A stretch of DNA of 39,799 nucleotides, taken from positions 1-39,799 of IMG/VR virus record IMGVR_UViG_3300045580_000289. One strand, given 5' to 3'. Each line of letters starts with the position of its first letter. Position 1 is the first letter of the stretch. Of this stretch, positions 17,031-25,803 are shown piece after piece. The position numbers and the translations under genes are program-made. The stretch is from a virus (lineage: Duplodnaviria; Caudoviricetes). Below the pieces are notes generated by a model, which was given only the letters and a program-made list of their open reading frames with translations, had not been told where the DNA came from and ran no database searches.

Positions 17031-17785
17031 ACATGCAAGACACAATGGCAAACCGGATCCGCGCACGCATTCAGGAGCTGGGAACTACAGCTCGATCTGT
17101 CTCTATAAAAACGACAGGCAAATCAGATTTCCTGCGCCCCGTCCTTGCTGGCGCCCAGCCTCGTGCAGACAACCTCGCAAAGCTTGCCAGTGTTCTGGGG
17201 GTATCAGTCTATTGGCTCCTTACTGGGGACGAAGAACATATCTCATCTGAGGAGGTTGCCGCAGGCCTGCCCGGCGAAGGCGCGCGCGAGGCAATCGCAG
17301 CTAGTAGTTTAGAAAATTATTCAGGACAAACGCCTGATGCAGTGCCCGAAATTGACGCCAGGGCTGGCGCAGGGAATGGGAATGTTGGAGAACATGCAGT
17401 TGTCACCCTAAAGCGAGGTGAGAGCTACGTGGGCCACAAAGTCACTGCGGAATGGGTTTTCCCATCTACCTTCTTACGACACGAGCTCCGCCTTCAGCCA
17501 GGAGGCATCATGGTGCTTGAGGTGGTAGGTGACAGCATGTCCCCTACTCTTGAGTCCGGCGATCGCGTGATCATTGACACCGCCCATACCCGGCCGACCC
17601 CGGATGGCGTGTATGTGATTGAGGAAGGCGACGGCCCAATGGTGAAGCGGCTGCAACTCATCCGGCGCTCAGAACCGGCCCAGGTTCGGATCATCTCTGA
17701 TAACAAGCATCACGAAGCCTATACGTTGCGCCTAGACGATATTCGGATCATCGGACGGGTTTCAGGCCGAGTCAGCAAAATGTGA
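17024..17785 (+). CDS. cI: CI-like repressor (HTH plus S24 peptidase); start 17024, 17033 or 17045
   Basis: HTH LA.VLGVSV.WLL.G; AGAG cleavage region, V.GDSM.PTL..GD, VKRL, IISDN, IIGRV. Confidence 0.93.
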   Translation: MPHMQDTMANRIRARIQELGTTARSVSIKTTGKSDFLRPVLAGAQPRADNLAKLASVLGVSVYWLLTGDEEHISSEEVAAGLPGEGAREAIAASSLENYSGQTPDAVPEIDARAGAGNGNVGEHAVVTLKRGESYVGHKVTAEWVFPSTFLRHELRLQPGGIMVLEVVGDSMSPTLESGDRVIIDTAHTRPTPDGVYVIEEGDGPMVKRLQLIRRSEPAQVRIISDNKHHEAYTLRLDDIRIIGRVSGRVSKM

Positions 17786-17842
17786 GGCTTGGCAGCAGAC
17801 GGTATATGTGTGTTGTCTTGCCCACATATCCGCCCGCCACCA

Positions 17843-18226
17843 TCAAGGCTTGTAACGCTCTGGCGATAAATTTCTGTTGCCGTTCCATTTTTGACGGTTA
17901 GCAGACTTGCCTGGCTTGGCAGCATTCTTACCGACGCCTTGCACATTGCGTTTCGGCTTGACCCATTCATAGCCCATCATTGTCATACAGTCCTGCTTCG
18001 TGCGGGCCTGCCGAATAATATTGCCAATCCCGTTGCCGATGGCTGCACCAGCCACAAACTCCTGGCTTCCCATAGCGAAAAAGCCTTGCCGCGAGCCGCG
18101 GGCCACCATGTTGCAATATGCTTCAGCCTGGGCGGCTTCATTGCCGGGACGGGCCTTCACGTATTCAGCCCAAGCCTCCGAGCTAGCCACAGCCAAAAAC
18201 GCACACGCAAAAACAAGCTTTTTCAT
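17843..18226 (-). CDS. Secreted/membrane protein with glycine-zipper-like segment; candidate superinfection exclusion moron, 127 aa
   Basis: Signal peptide MKK...AWA; AGAAIGNGIG, C...CM..MGY; GGGAG/AGGA SD; immunity-region location. Confidence 0.7.
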   Translation of the reverse strand: MKKLVFACAFLAVASSEAWAEYVKARPGNEAAQAEAYCNMVARGSRQGFFAMGSQEFVAGAAIGNGIGNIIRQARTKQDCMTMMGYEWVKPKRNVQGVGKNAAKPGKSANRQKWNGNRNLSPERYKP

Positions 18227-18390
18227 AAAATCCTACTCCCGACGAAGGTGCGATCAAGACAGCAGGCGTCTCTGCCTAATCAATACAGATCAATAGACTT
18301 TACACAATCAATAGATGGTTTGCGTGTGGTGGCTAGACGCGCGTTTTAACGTCTACCGATTCCAACTCAGGTTGAGTCGGCCACCTCTAT

Positions 18391-18443
18391 GCGGATAGTT
18401 ATCCGCTTTTCCTCTTGACGCGGATAGTTATCCGCATTACCTT
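18391..18443 (+). promoter_or_regulatory. OL-like operators and early promoter
   Basis: GCGGATAGTTATCCGC at 18391-18406 and 18420-18435; TTGACG(18415)-N17-TACCTT(18438). Confidence 0.88.
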
Positions 18444-18469
18444 CCCTTTCATCAGCAAGGGAGGCCCAC

Positions 18470-18826
18470 ATGGGGACCGCATACATCGACGTTACGATCG
18501 AGCCGAAAGAGCGGGGTGTCCTGCTTTTTCAGGCCGAATGCGCCGCCGAGATTGAATACACGATCGATGACGGCGACCTCATCGACTGGCACGTTTCCAA
18601 CCTCAAGTTCAGCGACACCGGCAGTGTCTGGGATGATACCGCGGGGGAGTGGACGCGCGGCACCACCCGAACAGCGATGGCCCCCAAGGCCCTGAAGGAG
18701 CTGCTTGTCGAGTGCATCGACACGCGAGATCTCGAGGAGCGCCTTTTCGAACATCTCCGGTCCACTGGTGAGCTCGGCTACTTCAACGAAGCTCTTCGGG
18801 CCGATTACCGCGCGGTGGCGCGCTAA
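18470..18826 (+). CDS. Hypothetical early protein, 118 aa
   Basis: GGGAGG SD; first gene after promoter. Confidence 0.8.
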   Translation: MGTAYIDVTIEPKERGVLLFQAECAAEIEYTIDDGDLIDWHVSNLKFSDTGSVWDDTAGEWTRGTTRTAMAPKALKELLVECIDTRDLEERLFEHLRSTGELGYFNEALRADYRAVAR

Positions 18827-19023
18827 TGGCAAGCCGCTGCTATCAAGCGTACATTTGCGCCAACCGCGCAGCCGCTCACCTTATTACGGCTGACGCTCTG
18901 CTTTCTCACAACAAAGACGCCTCTGCGTATTGGCAAGAAGCCGCCATCCGCGAACTGAAGGCGCTTGCCGACATGTTGGGCTTCGAACTCATCAAACCCG
19001 ACTCTGAACAGGAGGCCGCGTAA
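18826..19023 (+). CDS. Hypothetical protein, 65 aa
   Basis: TAATG coupling both ends. Confidence 0.7.
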   Translation: MASRCYQAYICANRAAAHLITADALLSHNKDASAYWQEAAIRELKALADMLGFELIKPDSEQEAA

Positions 19024-19226
19024 TGTTTGGCCGAGAATTGAACGTGCTTGTTAACGCTCAGATGGACCTGAGCGCGGCATCTCAAGCTGCTCTGCAGGCT
19101 TGGACCCTTATCGCCGTTGGCTATGATCCAGAGGTTTACATTCGGCAGATGACTGCCTGCCTCGAGCAGGCTGCATGCTCACTGGGCAAGAAGCTCGTAG
19201 ACGCAAAACCGATGGGGGAAGCGTGA
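19023..19226 (+). CDS. Hypothetical protein, 67 aa
   Basis: AGGAGG SD; TAATG coupling. Confidence 0.7.
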   Translation: MFGRELNVLVNAQMDLSAASQAALQAWTLIAVGYDPEVYIRQMTACLEQAACSLGKKLVDAKPMGEA

Positions 19227-19297
19227 TGCTGCGCGATTACGCAATCTGCCTTGGCCTGTTCCTGTTTATGGTGATCGGAGGCGGCTTCTATGGCTGA
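19226..19297 (+). CDS. 23-aa hydrophobic micropeptide MLRDYAICLGLFLFMVIGGGFYG
   Basis: TGATG coupling; GGGGGA SD; fills gap to Gp157 gene. Confidence 0.5.
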   Translation: MLRDYAICLGLFLFMVIGGGFYG

Positions 19298-19793
19298 CCG
19301 CAAGCTTCATCTCGAGATCGAGGCTGCCCAGCGTCTGAAAGAGAAGCTCGTTGCCACCTACGGCGAGGATGCTGATCTAATCCGAGACATGGTCGAAGGC
19401 GAAACCAACCTCCACGAGGCAATCGGCATCGCCACGCTTGAGCTGGCAGCCGTCGAAGGAATGAAAGACGGCATTGAAATTGCCATCGCCAAGCTGAAGG
19501 AACGCCTAACCCGCCACTGCGATCGAGCGCAGGGCATTCGCGATGCCATCCAGGCAGCTATGGAAGCGGCTGAACTGACTAGCCTTAAGACGCCCGCCGC
19601 AACGCTTTCCATGCGTCCAAGCCCGCCGTCTGTCGAGATTACTGACCAGGCCCAATTGCCGGTCATCTTCCTCAAACAGCCGCCACCGACGATCGACAAG
19701 AAGGCCATCTCAGCCGCCCTAAAGGCCGGCGAGACGATTCCAGGCGCCGTGCTTTCCAATCAACCCCCTGCTCTCTCGGTGAAACTGAAATGA
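19290..19793 (+). CDS. Siphovirus Gp157 family protein, 167 aa
   Basis: D.VEGET.L.E, SV.I.D...LP..F.....P.IDK.AI..ALK.G..IPGA.L. Confidence 0.88.
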   Translation: MADRKLHLEIEAAQRLKEKLVATYGEDADLIRDMVEGETNLHEAIGIATLELAAVEGMKDGIEIAIAKLKERLTRHCDRAQGIRDAIQAAMEAAELTSLKTPAATLSMRPSPPSVEITDQAQLPVIFLKQPPPTIDKKAISAALKAGETIPGAVLSNQPPALSVKLK

Positions 19794-20437
19794 TTGAGAC
19801 CTCAGAAACCACTGCCAAGCTTGATGCTGCCCTCGCCAAAGCTCAGGGCGAGATAGAGGCTGCGGCAAAAGACAAGGTCAACCCGGCCTTCCGGTCTAAG
19901 TATGCCGATTTGACGAGCGTCTGGGCGGCCATCCGTCCAGCTCTCTGCAAGAACGGCATTTCCATCACCCAATGGCCGGTTCATTCGACCGATGGGCGGC
20001 TGCACATTGTGACCCGCTTAGCCCACGATGGCGAGTGGATCCGCGCCCACTTTTCTATCCCGGTGACAAAGCAGGATCCGCACGGCTACGGCAGTGCAAC
20101 GACCTATGCCAAGAGGTTCAGCCTTGCCGCATGCGTTGGCGTTGTGGCCGACGAGGATGACGACGGAAACGCCGCGGCGCAGCGCCCGACCTACCAGGCC
20201 AAGGCGCCTGAGCCCAGTGCGCCGCCGGCCGTCGAAAGCATTGCCGACACCTACATCCGCAAGTTCAGCGAGGCTGAGACTGCAGAAGCTTTCGAGGAAC
20301 AAGTTGAGAAGGCTCGCGCAGCCTGGGGCCGGTTTGACAAGGCCGGCAAAGCAAGGGTGCTGAACTCGATCGAGGCTCGCCGCGCCTATTTCCTAAGCCA
20401 GTCATTCCCTGATGCAGTGGTCGAGGCCGCCGAATGA
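19790..20437 (+). CDS. erf: ERF-family ssDNA annealing protein, 215 aa
   Basis: AL.KAQ......KD..NP.F.SKYADL, H.GEW, GSA.TYAKR..L...G...DEDDDGN. Confidence 0.92.
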   Translation: MIETSETTAKLDAALAKAQGEIEAAAKDKVNPAFRSKYADLTSVWAAIRPALCKNGISITQWPVHSTDGRLHIVTRLAHDGEWIRAHFSIPVTKQDPHGYGSATTYAKRFSLAACVGVVADEDDDGNAAAQRPTYQAKAPEPSAPPAVESIADTYIRKFSEAETAEAFEEQVEKARAAWGRFDKAGKARVLNSIEARRAYFLSQSFPDAVVEAAE

Positions 20438-20865
20438 GCGCGCCCGATCGCGAAAAGCAGCCCCTTGTTCTGCGTCGGACTGATCGGGGCCTCGAGCCCC
20501 GGTCACGTCTGGCCGCAGATCTCCTGAGCCAATACGCCATCGGCTCTGATGTGGAGATCACCATCAGGAAGCGTAGGAGCGCACCGCAGCTCCGACGCTA
20601 CTGGGTGATGCTCCACGAGGTGGTTGAAGCCACGGGAGCCTTCCCTGACGCCGAGAGACTACACGAGGCGCTTAAGCTCGACCTCGGATATGTGACACCC
20701 ATGCGCCTCCTCGACGGCCGCATGGTTTACATGCCCGACTCCACGGCCATGTCGAAAATGGATTCCGCCGAGTTCCAGAGGTTCTTTGACCGCGCTGCGG
20801 CCCGACTGGCTGAGATCTGCGGATTTGACCCGCTTGCAGAAATGCCCGCACAGGAGGCCGCATAA
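20434..20865 (+). CDS. NinB/DUF1367-like recombination accessory protein, 143 aa
   Basis: RRS..Q.R.YW, LH..LK...G, P.S.A...MD..EF..F. Confidence 0.7.
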   Translation: MSAPDREKQPLVLRRTDRGLEPRSRLAADLLSQYAIGSDVEITIRKRRSAPQLRRYWVMLHEVVEATGAFPDAERLHEALKLDLGYVTPMRLLDGRMVYMPDSTAMSKMDSAEFQRFFDRAAARLAEICGFDPLAEMPAQEAA

Positions 20866-21180
20866 ATGCCCGCACAAGCCATTCTCAATATTCAGGCTAC
20901 CCTTCCTGCCTATCCGTGCGGGAAGCCTTTAGACGGCCGCGACAGGTACGGCATGACGCCAGAGCAAGGCGCCTTGTACCGCTGGCTTGTAAAGAACAAG
21001 CCGCACCATGTTGCCTTCCTGATGCACTTTCGAGATGTTGCCAGCGAGTTCAACCGGAGCCTGAGCAAGACACACGTCCAGGTCACCGCGCTGGTGGAGC
21101 GAGGCTGGCTTGAGAAGGTGGAAGATCTTTACGCCTTCGTTCAGCCTGTGATGCACTTTGCAGAGCCGCACAATGGCTGA
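20866..21180 (+). CDS. Winged-helix protein, 104 aa
   Basis: GMTP.Q..LY.WL...S.S..H..V..LVERGWL. Confidence 0.65.
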   Translation: MPAQAILNIQATLPAYPCGKPLDGRDRYGMTPEQGALYRWLVKNKPHHVAFLMHFRDVASEFNRSLSKTHVQVTALVERGWLEKVEDLYAFVQPVMHFAEPHNG

Positions 21181-21547
21181 TTTCCTGCTCACAGGCCGGA
21201 AGGTGGAGGAGTGGATTGGCAAGACGCCAGACACCAAACCACCGAAGGCGGTTCTAGACCGGCTATTCTTGCGCCAAGGCGGCCGCTGCGCGCTCACCGG
21301 AAGGAAGATCCGACCAGGCGAAACCACCCATGCCGACCACATCATTCCATTGAAGGATGGTGGCAAGAATGCGGAGTCAAACCTCCAGCTTGTGCTGGCT
21401 GATGCTCACCGCGAGAAGACGATCGACGAGAACCGTGCTCGCGCGAAGGAGCGCAGGATCAGGCTGAAGCATGCCGGTCTATGGCCGCCCAGCCGAAACC
21501 CTATTCGCTCGCGCGGATTCCCAAAACGTAGCCCTGACACAAACTGA
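21173..21547 (+). CDS. HNH endonuclease
   Basis: EWIG.TPD..PP, DHIIPL.DGG.N.ESNLQ......H..KT. Confidence 0.88.
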   Translation: MADFLLTGRKVEEWIGKTPDTKPPKAVLDRLFLRQGGRCALTGRKIRPGETTHADHIIPLKDGGKNAESNLQLVLADAHREKTIDENRARAKERRIRLKHAGLWPPSRNPIRSRGFPKRSPDTN

Positions 21548-21557
21548 GGAGAGGACA

Positions 21558-21650
21558 GTGACCTATGCGCTGTGGTTCTTGATTTTTGGATGCGGCGTCT
21601 TTGCCGGTTTCATTTTGGCCGCCTTCTTTACAGTGGGGGCGCGCGGATGA
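21558..21650 (+). CDS. 30-aa single-TM micropeptide
   Basis: GAGGAGAGGA SD before GTG; MTYALWFLIFGCGVFAGFILAAFFTVGARG; ATGA overlap with next gene. Confidence 0.6.
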   Translation: MTYALWFLIFGCGVFAGFILAAFFTVGARG

Positions 21651-21865
21651 TCACATTTTTGATCGGACTCTCCATTGGAGCCCTTGTCTCGTTTGCGTTG
21701 CTCTATTTCTTCGTCCTGCGAGAGCGCACCGATGCCGAGCCGGAATGGAACGAAACTTACCCACACCTGGAGCGAGAGTTTGCAGCTTTGCGTCAGCAGC
21801 TCCCGCCACCGGCGCCTCGCGCCGTTACCCGCCTCACCAATCGCGAAAGGACTATCCAGTTATGA
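21647..21865 (+). CDS. Small protein with N-terminal TM, 72 aa
   Basis: MITFLIGLSIGALVSFALLYFFV; ATGA coupling. Confidence 0.6.
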   Translation: MITFLIGLSIGALVSFALLYFFVLRERTDAEPEWNETYPHLEREFAALRQQLPPPAPRAVTRLTNRERTIQL

Positions 21866-22089
21866 GCCTGCAGAAAACAATCAGCGAGCTGGAGCTTGAG
21901 CGCGCTCACAACCGTGTGCTGTTGACCAAACTGCACGAGATCATCGACGAGCGTATCGCTCGCGAGGAAGACCTCAAGCGGATGCTGAATGACGAGTTCA
22001 CAGAGCGGGATAGAGCCCTTGAGCGTCTTGTGACAGGCAAAGAAATCGAGCCGCACATCGCTGTCGTCGAGGCAGTGCCAGAGGCATGA
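21862..22089 (+). CDS. Coiled-coil hypothetical protein, 75 aa
   Basis: AAGGA SD; ATGA coupling. Confidence 0.7.
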   Translation: MSLQKTISELELERAHNRVLLTKLHEIIDERIAREEDLKRMLNDEFTERDRALERLVTGKEIEPHIAVVEAVPEA

Positions 22090-22349
22090 AGCTCATCGGC
22101 GTGATTGTCCTGCTCGGTGCTGAGTGCGTGTCGGCGGCTGATCACGTCCCCAATGGAACGGTGCTGTACAAAACACCCTGCGCTGAATTGATTTTTGAGC
22201 CTGTTGGCAATCCGTACAAGGCAGCGCAGGCGCCTAACACAATCACAATACCGCCGCCGGCGAAGGCGGCTAACAAGAGGTCACTATGTGGATCAAGACG
22301 CGCCGTCTGGTACGTGAAGAACGGCAAGAAGAAATACCGTTGTCGATGA
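22086..22349 (+). CDS. Hypothetical Cys-containing protein with hydrophobic N-terminus, 87 aa
   Basis: ATGA coupling; basic C-terminus C..RR..W...NGK..YRCR. Confidence 0.65.
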   Translation: MKLIGVIVLLGAECVSAADHVPNGTVLYKTPCAELIFEPVGNPYKAAQAPNTITIPPPAKAANKRSLCGSRRAVWYVKNGKKKYRCR

Positions 22350-22405
22350 GCGAGCTCATGCAGCGTGTCCGAAATCTGCTTCGAGCAATAGGTGGCCTGC
22401 AATGA
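22346..22405 (+). CDS. 19-aa bridging micro-ORF MSELMQRVRNLLRAIGGLQ
   Basis: ATGA overlaps at both ends. Confidence 0.45.
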   Translation: MSELMQRVRNLLRAIGGLQ

Positions 22406-22623
22406 AACTGGATCACTTTGCTGAAATTATTGCAAGCATTGCGAAAAACCACCCGGAAGCAGATGTGGTTGTTAGCTATCCTGCGCGCCATGCCGGGAAA
22501 TCTACCACGCGGCGCGGCAACATCACCAGCTACCGGACAAGTGTGCCCTGTCATCCAGTTTTGAAGCCTACGCTATGGATTGAAATCGAACACGCTAGAT
22601 CAGCGGATGCAGAAGATGACTGA
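22402..22623 (+). CDS. Hypothetical protein, 73 aa
   Basis: AGGTGG SD; coupling. Confidence 0.6.
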   Translation: MKLDHFAEIIASIAKNHPEADVVVSYPARHAGKSTTRRGNITSYRTSVPCHPVLKPTLWIEIEHARSADAEDD

Positions 22624-22894
22624 CATCGTGGAGAGGCTGCGAGCTTTCGCTGATAGGGAACGCCCATATGGTCAGCTCCCGGACGCGCTAGACGAAGCCG
22701 CCGCTGAGATTGAGCGCCAAGCAGCGGAGCTGCGCTCCTTGCGTGCGGCGCTGCGTGTTCTAAAGATCGGCTTGAACGGCTTGGTGGACAGCGAAGACGC
22801 CGCTGAGATTGCAAATGCAATTGCGGCTGGTGAAGCCATTGACTGGGACAGGTATCCGCCTGCAACACGCGCCGCGCTGGAGGGGAAGGGATGA
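22616..22894 (+). CDS. Hypothetical protein (MTDIVERLR...AEIER module)
   Basis: Coupled ORF; shared repeat module. Confidence 0.7.
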   Translation: MTDIVERLRAFADRERPYGQLPDALDEAAAEIERQAAELRSLRAALRVLKIGLNGLVDSEDAAEIANAIAAGEAIDWDRYPPATRAALEGKG

Positions 22895-23148
22895 CTGACC
22901 ACAGAAGTTGCACATGCCATCCCGACGAAGCCCCGATACCCTGCCAGCGCGGGTATGCTTTGAGGGTGTGTCAGATGAGAGCCGTGCGGGCGGCGAACGA
23001 GGAAATCATCGCCCTGCGCGCTGAGATTGAGCGCCTGCGTGCGGCGCTGGAGGTGTTTGCGTGCGACTGCGAGGGCGAGGAACTCTGCTTCAACACAGAC
23101 AACTGCCGGAACTTCATCGCCCGCGCTGCGCTGGAGGGTCGCACATGA
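22891..23148 (+). CDS. Cys-rich hypothetical protein, 85 aa
   Basis: GGAGG SD; CTCHP...PC...YAL..C; ATGA coupling. Confidence 0.7.
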   Translation: MTDHRSCTCHPDEAPIPCQRGYALRVCQMRAVRAANEEIIALRAEIERLRAALEVFACDCEGEELCFNTDNCRNFIARAALEGRT

Positions 23149-23492
23149 TTGACAAGAACAAGCAATACAGGACGAGGGATGGCCGTGAGGTCCGCATCTA
23201 TGCGGTGGATGGTCTCAATGGGTGCCGTGTTCATGGTGCAATCCGTCACCCTGAGTACGGCTGGGAACATAGGGCGTGGTTTGCAGACGGGAGAATGTAC
23301 TCTTACCCAAGCGACAGCGACCTCATTGAAGTGCGCCCCCGCATCAAGCGTGAGGTGTGGGTGAATGTGTATCCTGATGGCGTCAGCATGCCTTTCTTAA
23401 CAAAAGAGGCAGCGAACAATTACACGCCGATGGCCGGGCGCATCGCCTGCGTTAAGTTGGTGATCGACTGCGAGGAGGGCGAAGGGCTGTGA
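23145..23492 (+). CDS. Conserved phage hypothetical protein, 115 aa
   Basis: YRTRDGREVRIYA.DG...VHGA...W..DG......DL.E...W.NVY. Confidence 0.8.
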   Translation: MIDKNKQYRTRDGREVRIYAVDGLNGCRVHGAIRHPEYGWEHRAWFADGRMYSYPSDSDLIEVRPRIKREVWVNVYPDGVSMPFLTKEAANNYTPMAGRIACVKLVIDCEEGEGL

Positions 23493-23710
23493 GTAAGCGA
23501 TCAGATGTTTTGGCGGATATTGTGCTAACCGCGCTTGAGCGTCAGAGGCAATACGGAGAGTTTGTAGAACTCACCGCGAACGCGGTCCAATCGAAGCAGA
23601 CACATTGCACTGTGTTAAACGCTGCTCGTCGCGCCTACGAGAAAGAGATCGGCAAAACAACAAAAGCAATCAACGACCTCATTAAGGCTTGTGAGGGGGG
23701 TGGCAAGTGA
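23489..23710 (+). CDS. Hypothetical protein, 73 aa
   Basis: GTGA coupling both ends. Confidence 0.65.
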   Translation: MSKRSDVLADIVLTALERQRQYGEFVELTANAVQSKQTHCTVLNAARRAYEKEIGKTTKAINDLIKACEGGGK

Positions 23711-23922
23711 CCCTCCCAAATCGTGTAGCGGATGCAGCCCGCATTTTACTCAATGCCATGCAGACGGGCCTTGATCCGTTCGATGCCTGCGACCCGGAGG
23801 TCGAGGCGCTGGCCGTCAAATACTCAAGCGAAGGAGGCGACGCCGTGATCGTTCTTGAGACTGCCGATATATTCATGCGCGCTGGGCTGCGGGCCATCAT
23901 CAATCAGTATGGTGACGCATGA
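23707..23922 (+). CDS. Hypothetical protein, 71 aa
   Basis: Coupled ORF. Confidence 0.65.
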   Translation: MTLPNRVADAARILLNAMQTGLDPFDACDPEVEALAVKYSSEGGDAVIVLETADIFMRAGLRAIINQYGDA

Positions 23923-24119
23923 TCCGCGCTGAAGATATACCGGATGAAGTCGAAAGCGCCGCGTGGAATGCTTCCGGCGACAACATGAAAGCGGCTATTG
24001 CTGCTGCCATCAATGCGTGGCCGGGGGCGCGCATTCATAAGCCGTCAGTTCCTCCAAGGCCACCCGCGCCGCGCGCCGTCCTGATCCTCCCCCTGCCGCA
24101 GGAGACGCGCGATGACTGA
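23919..24119 (+). CDS. Hypothetical protein, 66 aa
   Basis: ATGA coupling; IP.EV..AA.....AIAAAINAWPG. Confidence 0.65.
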   Translation: MIRAEDIPDEVESAAWNASGDNMKAAIAAAINAWPGARIHKPSVPPRPPAPRAVLILPLPQETRDD

Positions 24120-24360
24120 CGAAACCAACGCTTACGCTATCAAGATCAACGGCTACACGTTCATCTCTATGGACGCTGCCAAGAGCCTAGTGGACGAAGC
24201 ACGTATGGACGGGTGGAACCTCGCTCTTGAGGAGGCGGCGAAGGTGGCGGAGGATTATGATGGCCCCGGCCTAGACGGAGGTTACGACCGCCATTTGGGC
24301 GATGGATACGAAACGCGCCGCGACATCGCCGCCGCCATCCGCGCGATGGTGAAGGAATGA
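24112..24360 (+). CDS. Hypothetical protein, 82 aa
   Basis: AGGAG SD; ALEEAAKVAE...IAAAIRA. Confidence 0.7.
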   Translation: MTDETNAYAIKINGYTFISMDAAKSLVDEARMDGWNLALEEAAKVAEDYDGPGLDGGYDRHLGDGYETRRDIAAAIRAMVKE

Positions 24361-24366
24361 CTGAAC

Positions 24367-24612
24367 ATGTACCTATCCGACACTGAGATCCGCGAACGGC
24401 TAAACATACCGGAACGACGCTGGCGACCGGCGGTTGAGCATTTTGAAAGAATGGGCTTTCCACGGAAAGACCCTCTCGTCGGCCTGCGTTACTGGCCGGC
24501 CGTCGAGGCCTGGCTGATGCGGCGCTACCTTGACGGCGCGGACAATGCTAACCTCTCTGCCCCTGACGAGACGGAGAACTGGGATGCCTTCCGGCGACAC
24601 GCCCGGCCTTAA
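24367..24612 (+). CDS. xis: Excisionase-like winged-helix protein, 81 aa
   Basis: GFP..DPL.G.RYWPAV.AWL..RY; overlaps integrase start. Confidence 0.8.
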   Translation: MYLSDTEIRERLNIPERRWRPAVEHFERMGFPRKDPLVGLRYWPAVEAWLMRRYLDGADNANLSAPDETENWDAFRRHARP

Positions 24613-25801
24613 ATGCCGAAAGCGGGCAGACGGCACGCTCGTCTACTACTGGGTGGCGGCTCAGTGCTCGAGGAAGGCTGACCACTATCCGCAGAAGACA
24701 GTGCGGCTCAAGAACCAGGCGCCTGACGGCCACGAGGCCCGCGCGGCTCAATGCCAGCACCTCCACATGGAGCTGCAGCTCTGGCTGAACCAGAAAGACC
24801 CATCACGCGAGTTCGACAAGGCCGGCTTCGACGGCACCGTGGCCTCTCTCGTCCGCTACTACAGAGATCACCCTCAATCGCCCTACCGGAAGCTCAAATA
24901 CAACACCCAAGAGATCTACGACCAGCACCTCGACATCATCCGCGATGTCGTGGGCAAGCGCCGCCTTGCCTCTCTCACCGGCGTCGATTTCATCGCTTGG
25001 TACGACAATTTCGCCACCGACGCGGCCGGGCAGCAGACGCTCATCTCCACGGCCCACAAACTACTCAATATGTTCCGCATCGCGATCGGCTGGGGCGTCG
25101 TCCTCGAGCTGCCGCAGTGTGTCAGGCTCCGCGACATCCTCGCCGAGATGCGCTTCAAGAAGCCGCCGGCGCGCAAGACATTCCTGTCCTACGAGCAGGC
25201 CGCGGCCGTCATCGAGAAGGCGCACGAGCTCGGGATCCACTCGATCGCCCTCGCCCAGGCTCTCCAGTTCGAGTTCACGATGCGTCAAAAAGATGTGATC
25301 GGGGAATATCTGCCGAAGGGCTCGCCGGCCGACAGTAACATCATTTTCAACGGCCGACGCTGGGTGAACGGGCTCCTCTGGGAGCACCTAGGCGAGGACG
25401 GCATCCTGCGGAAGGTCACGACCAAGACCGGCGCCACCGCGCTGTTCGAGCTTGCGCGCTATCCCTTGGTCGTCCAGGAGATCGCCCGGTGGCGGGGCCC
25501 GCGGCAGGGGCCCATGATCGTCGACGAGCGTTCCGGCCTGCCCTACCTCAACGAGCGGTTCTCCAAACGCTGGCGAGAGATCGCTACCCTTGCCGGCGTA
25601 CCCAGGGATGTCTTCAACATGGACAGCCGAGCCGGCGGCATCACCGAGGCGACCGACGCCGGGGCGCCACTTGAGACAGTACGCCATCACGCCACTCACA
25701 GCGACGCGCGCACCACAGCGCGCTATTCCCGGCAGACCCTGGCTAAGACCCAGGTTGTGGCGGACATCCGTTCCGCTTCACGGAACAGGCTCAAAACATA
25801 G
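24584..25801 (+). CDS. int: Tyrosine integrase
   Basis: MRQKDV (R), KT (K), MDSRAGG.TE (R), HATHS (H), TARYSR (Y); GGAG SD before ATG 24584. Confidence 0.9.
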   Translation: MPSGDTPGLKCRKRADGTLVYYWVAAQCSRKADHYPQKTVRLKNQAPDGHEARAAQCQHLHMELQLWLNQKDPSREFDKAGFDGTVASLVRYYRDHPQSPYRKLKYNTQEIYDQHLDIIRDVVGKRRLASLTGVDFIAWYDNFATDAAGQQTLISTAHKLLNMFRIAIGWGVVLELPQCVRLRDILAEMRFKKPPARKTFLSYEQAAAVIEKAHELGIHSIALAQALQFEFTMRQKDVIGEYLPKGSPADSNIIFNGRRWVNGLLWEHLGEDGILRKVTTKTGATALFELARYPLVVQEIARWRGPRQGPMIVDERSGLPYLNERFSKRWREIATLAGVPRDVFNMDSRAGGITEATDAGAPLETVRHHATHSDARTTARYSRQTLAKTQVVADIRSASRNRLKT

Positions 25802-25803
25802 AG

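Noticed and set aside
21173-21547. HNH as mobile homing endonuclease or intron
   Set aside because: Short stand-alone gene in the recombination/nin-like cluster; it interrupts no gene
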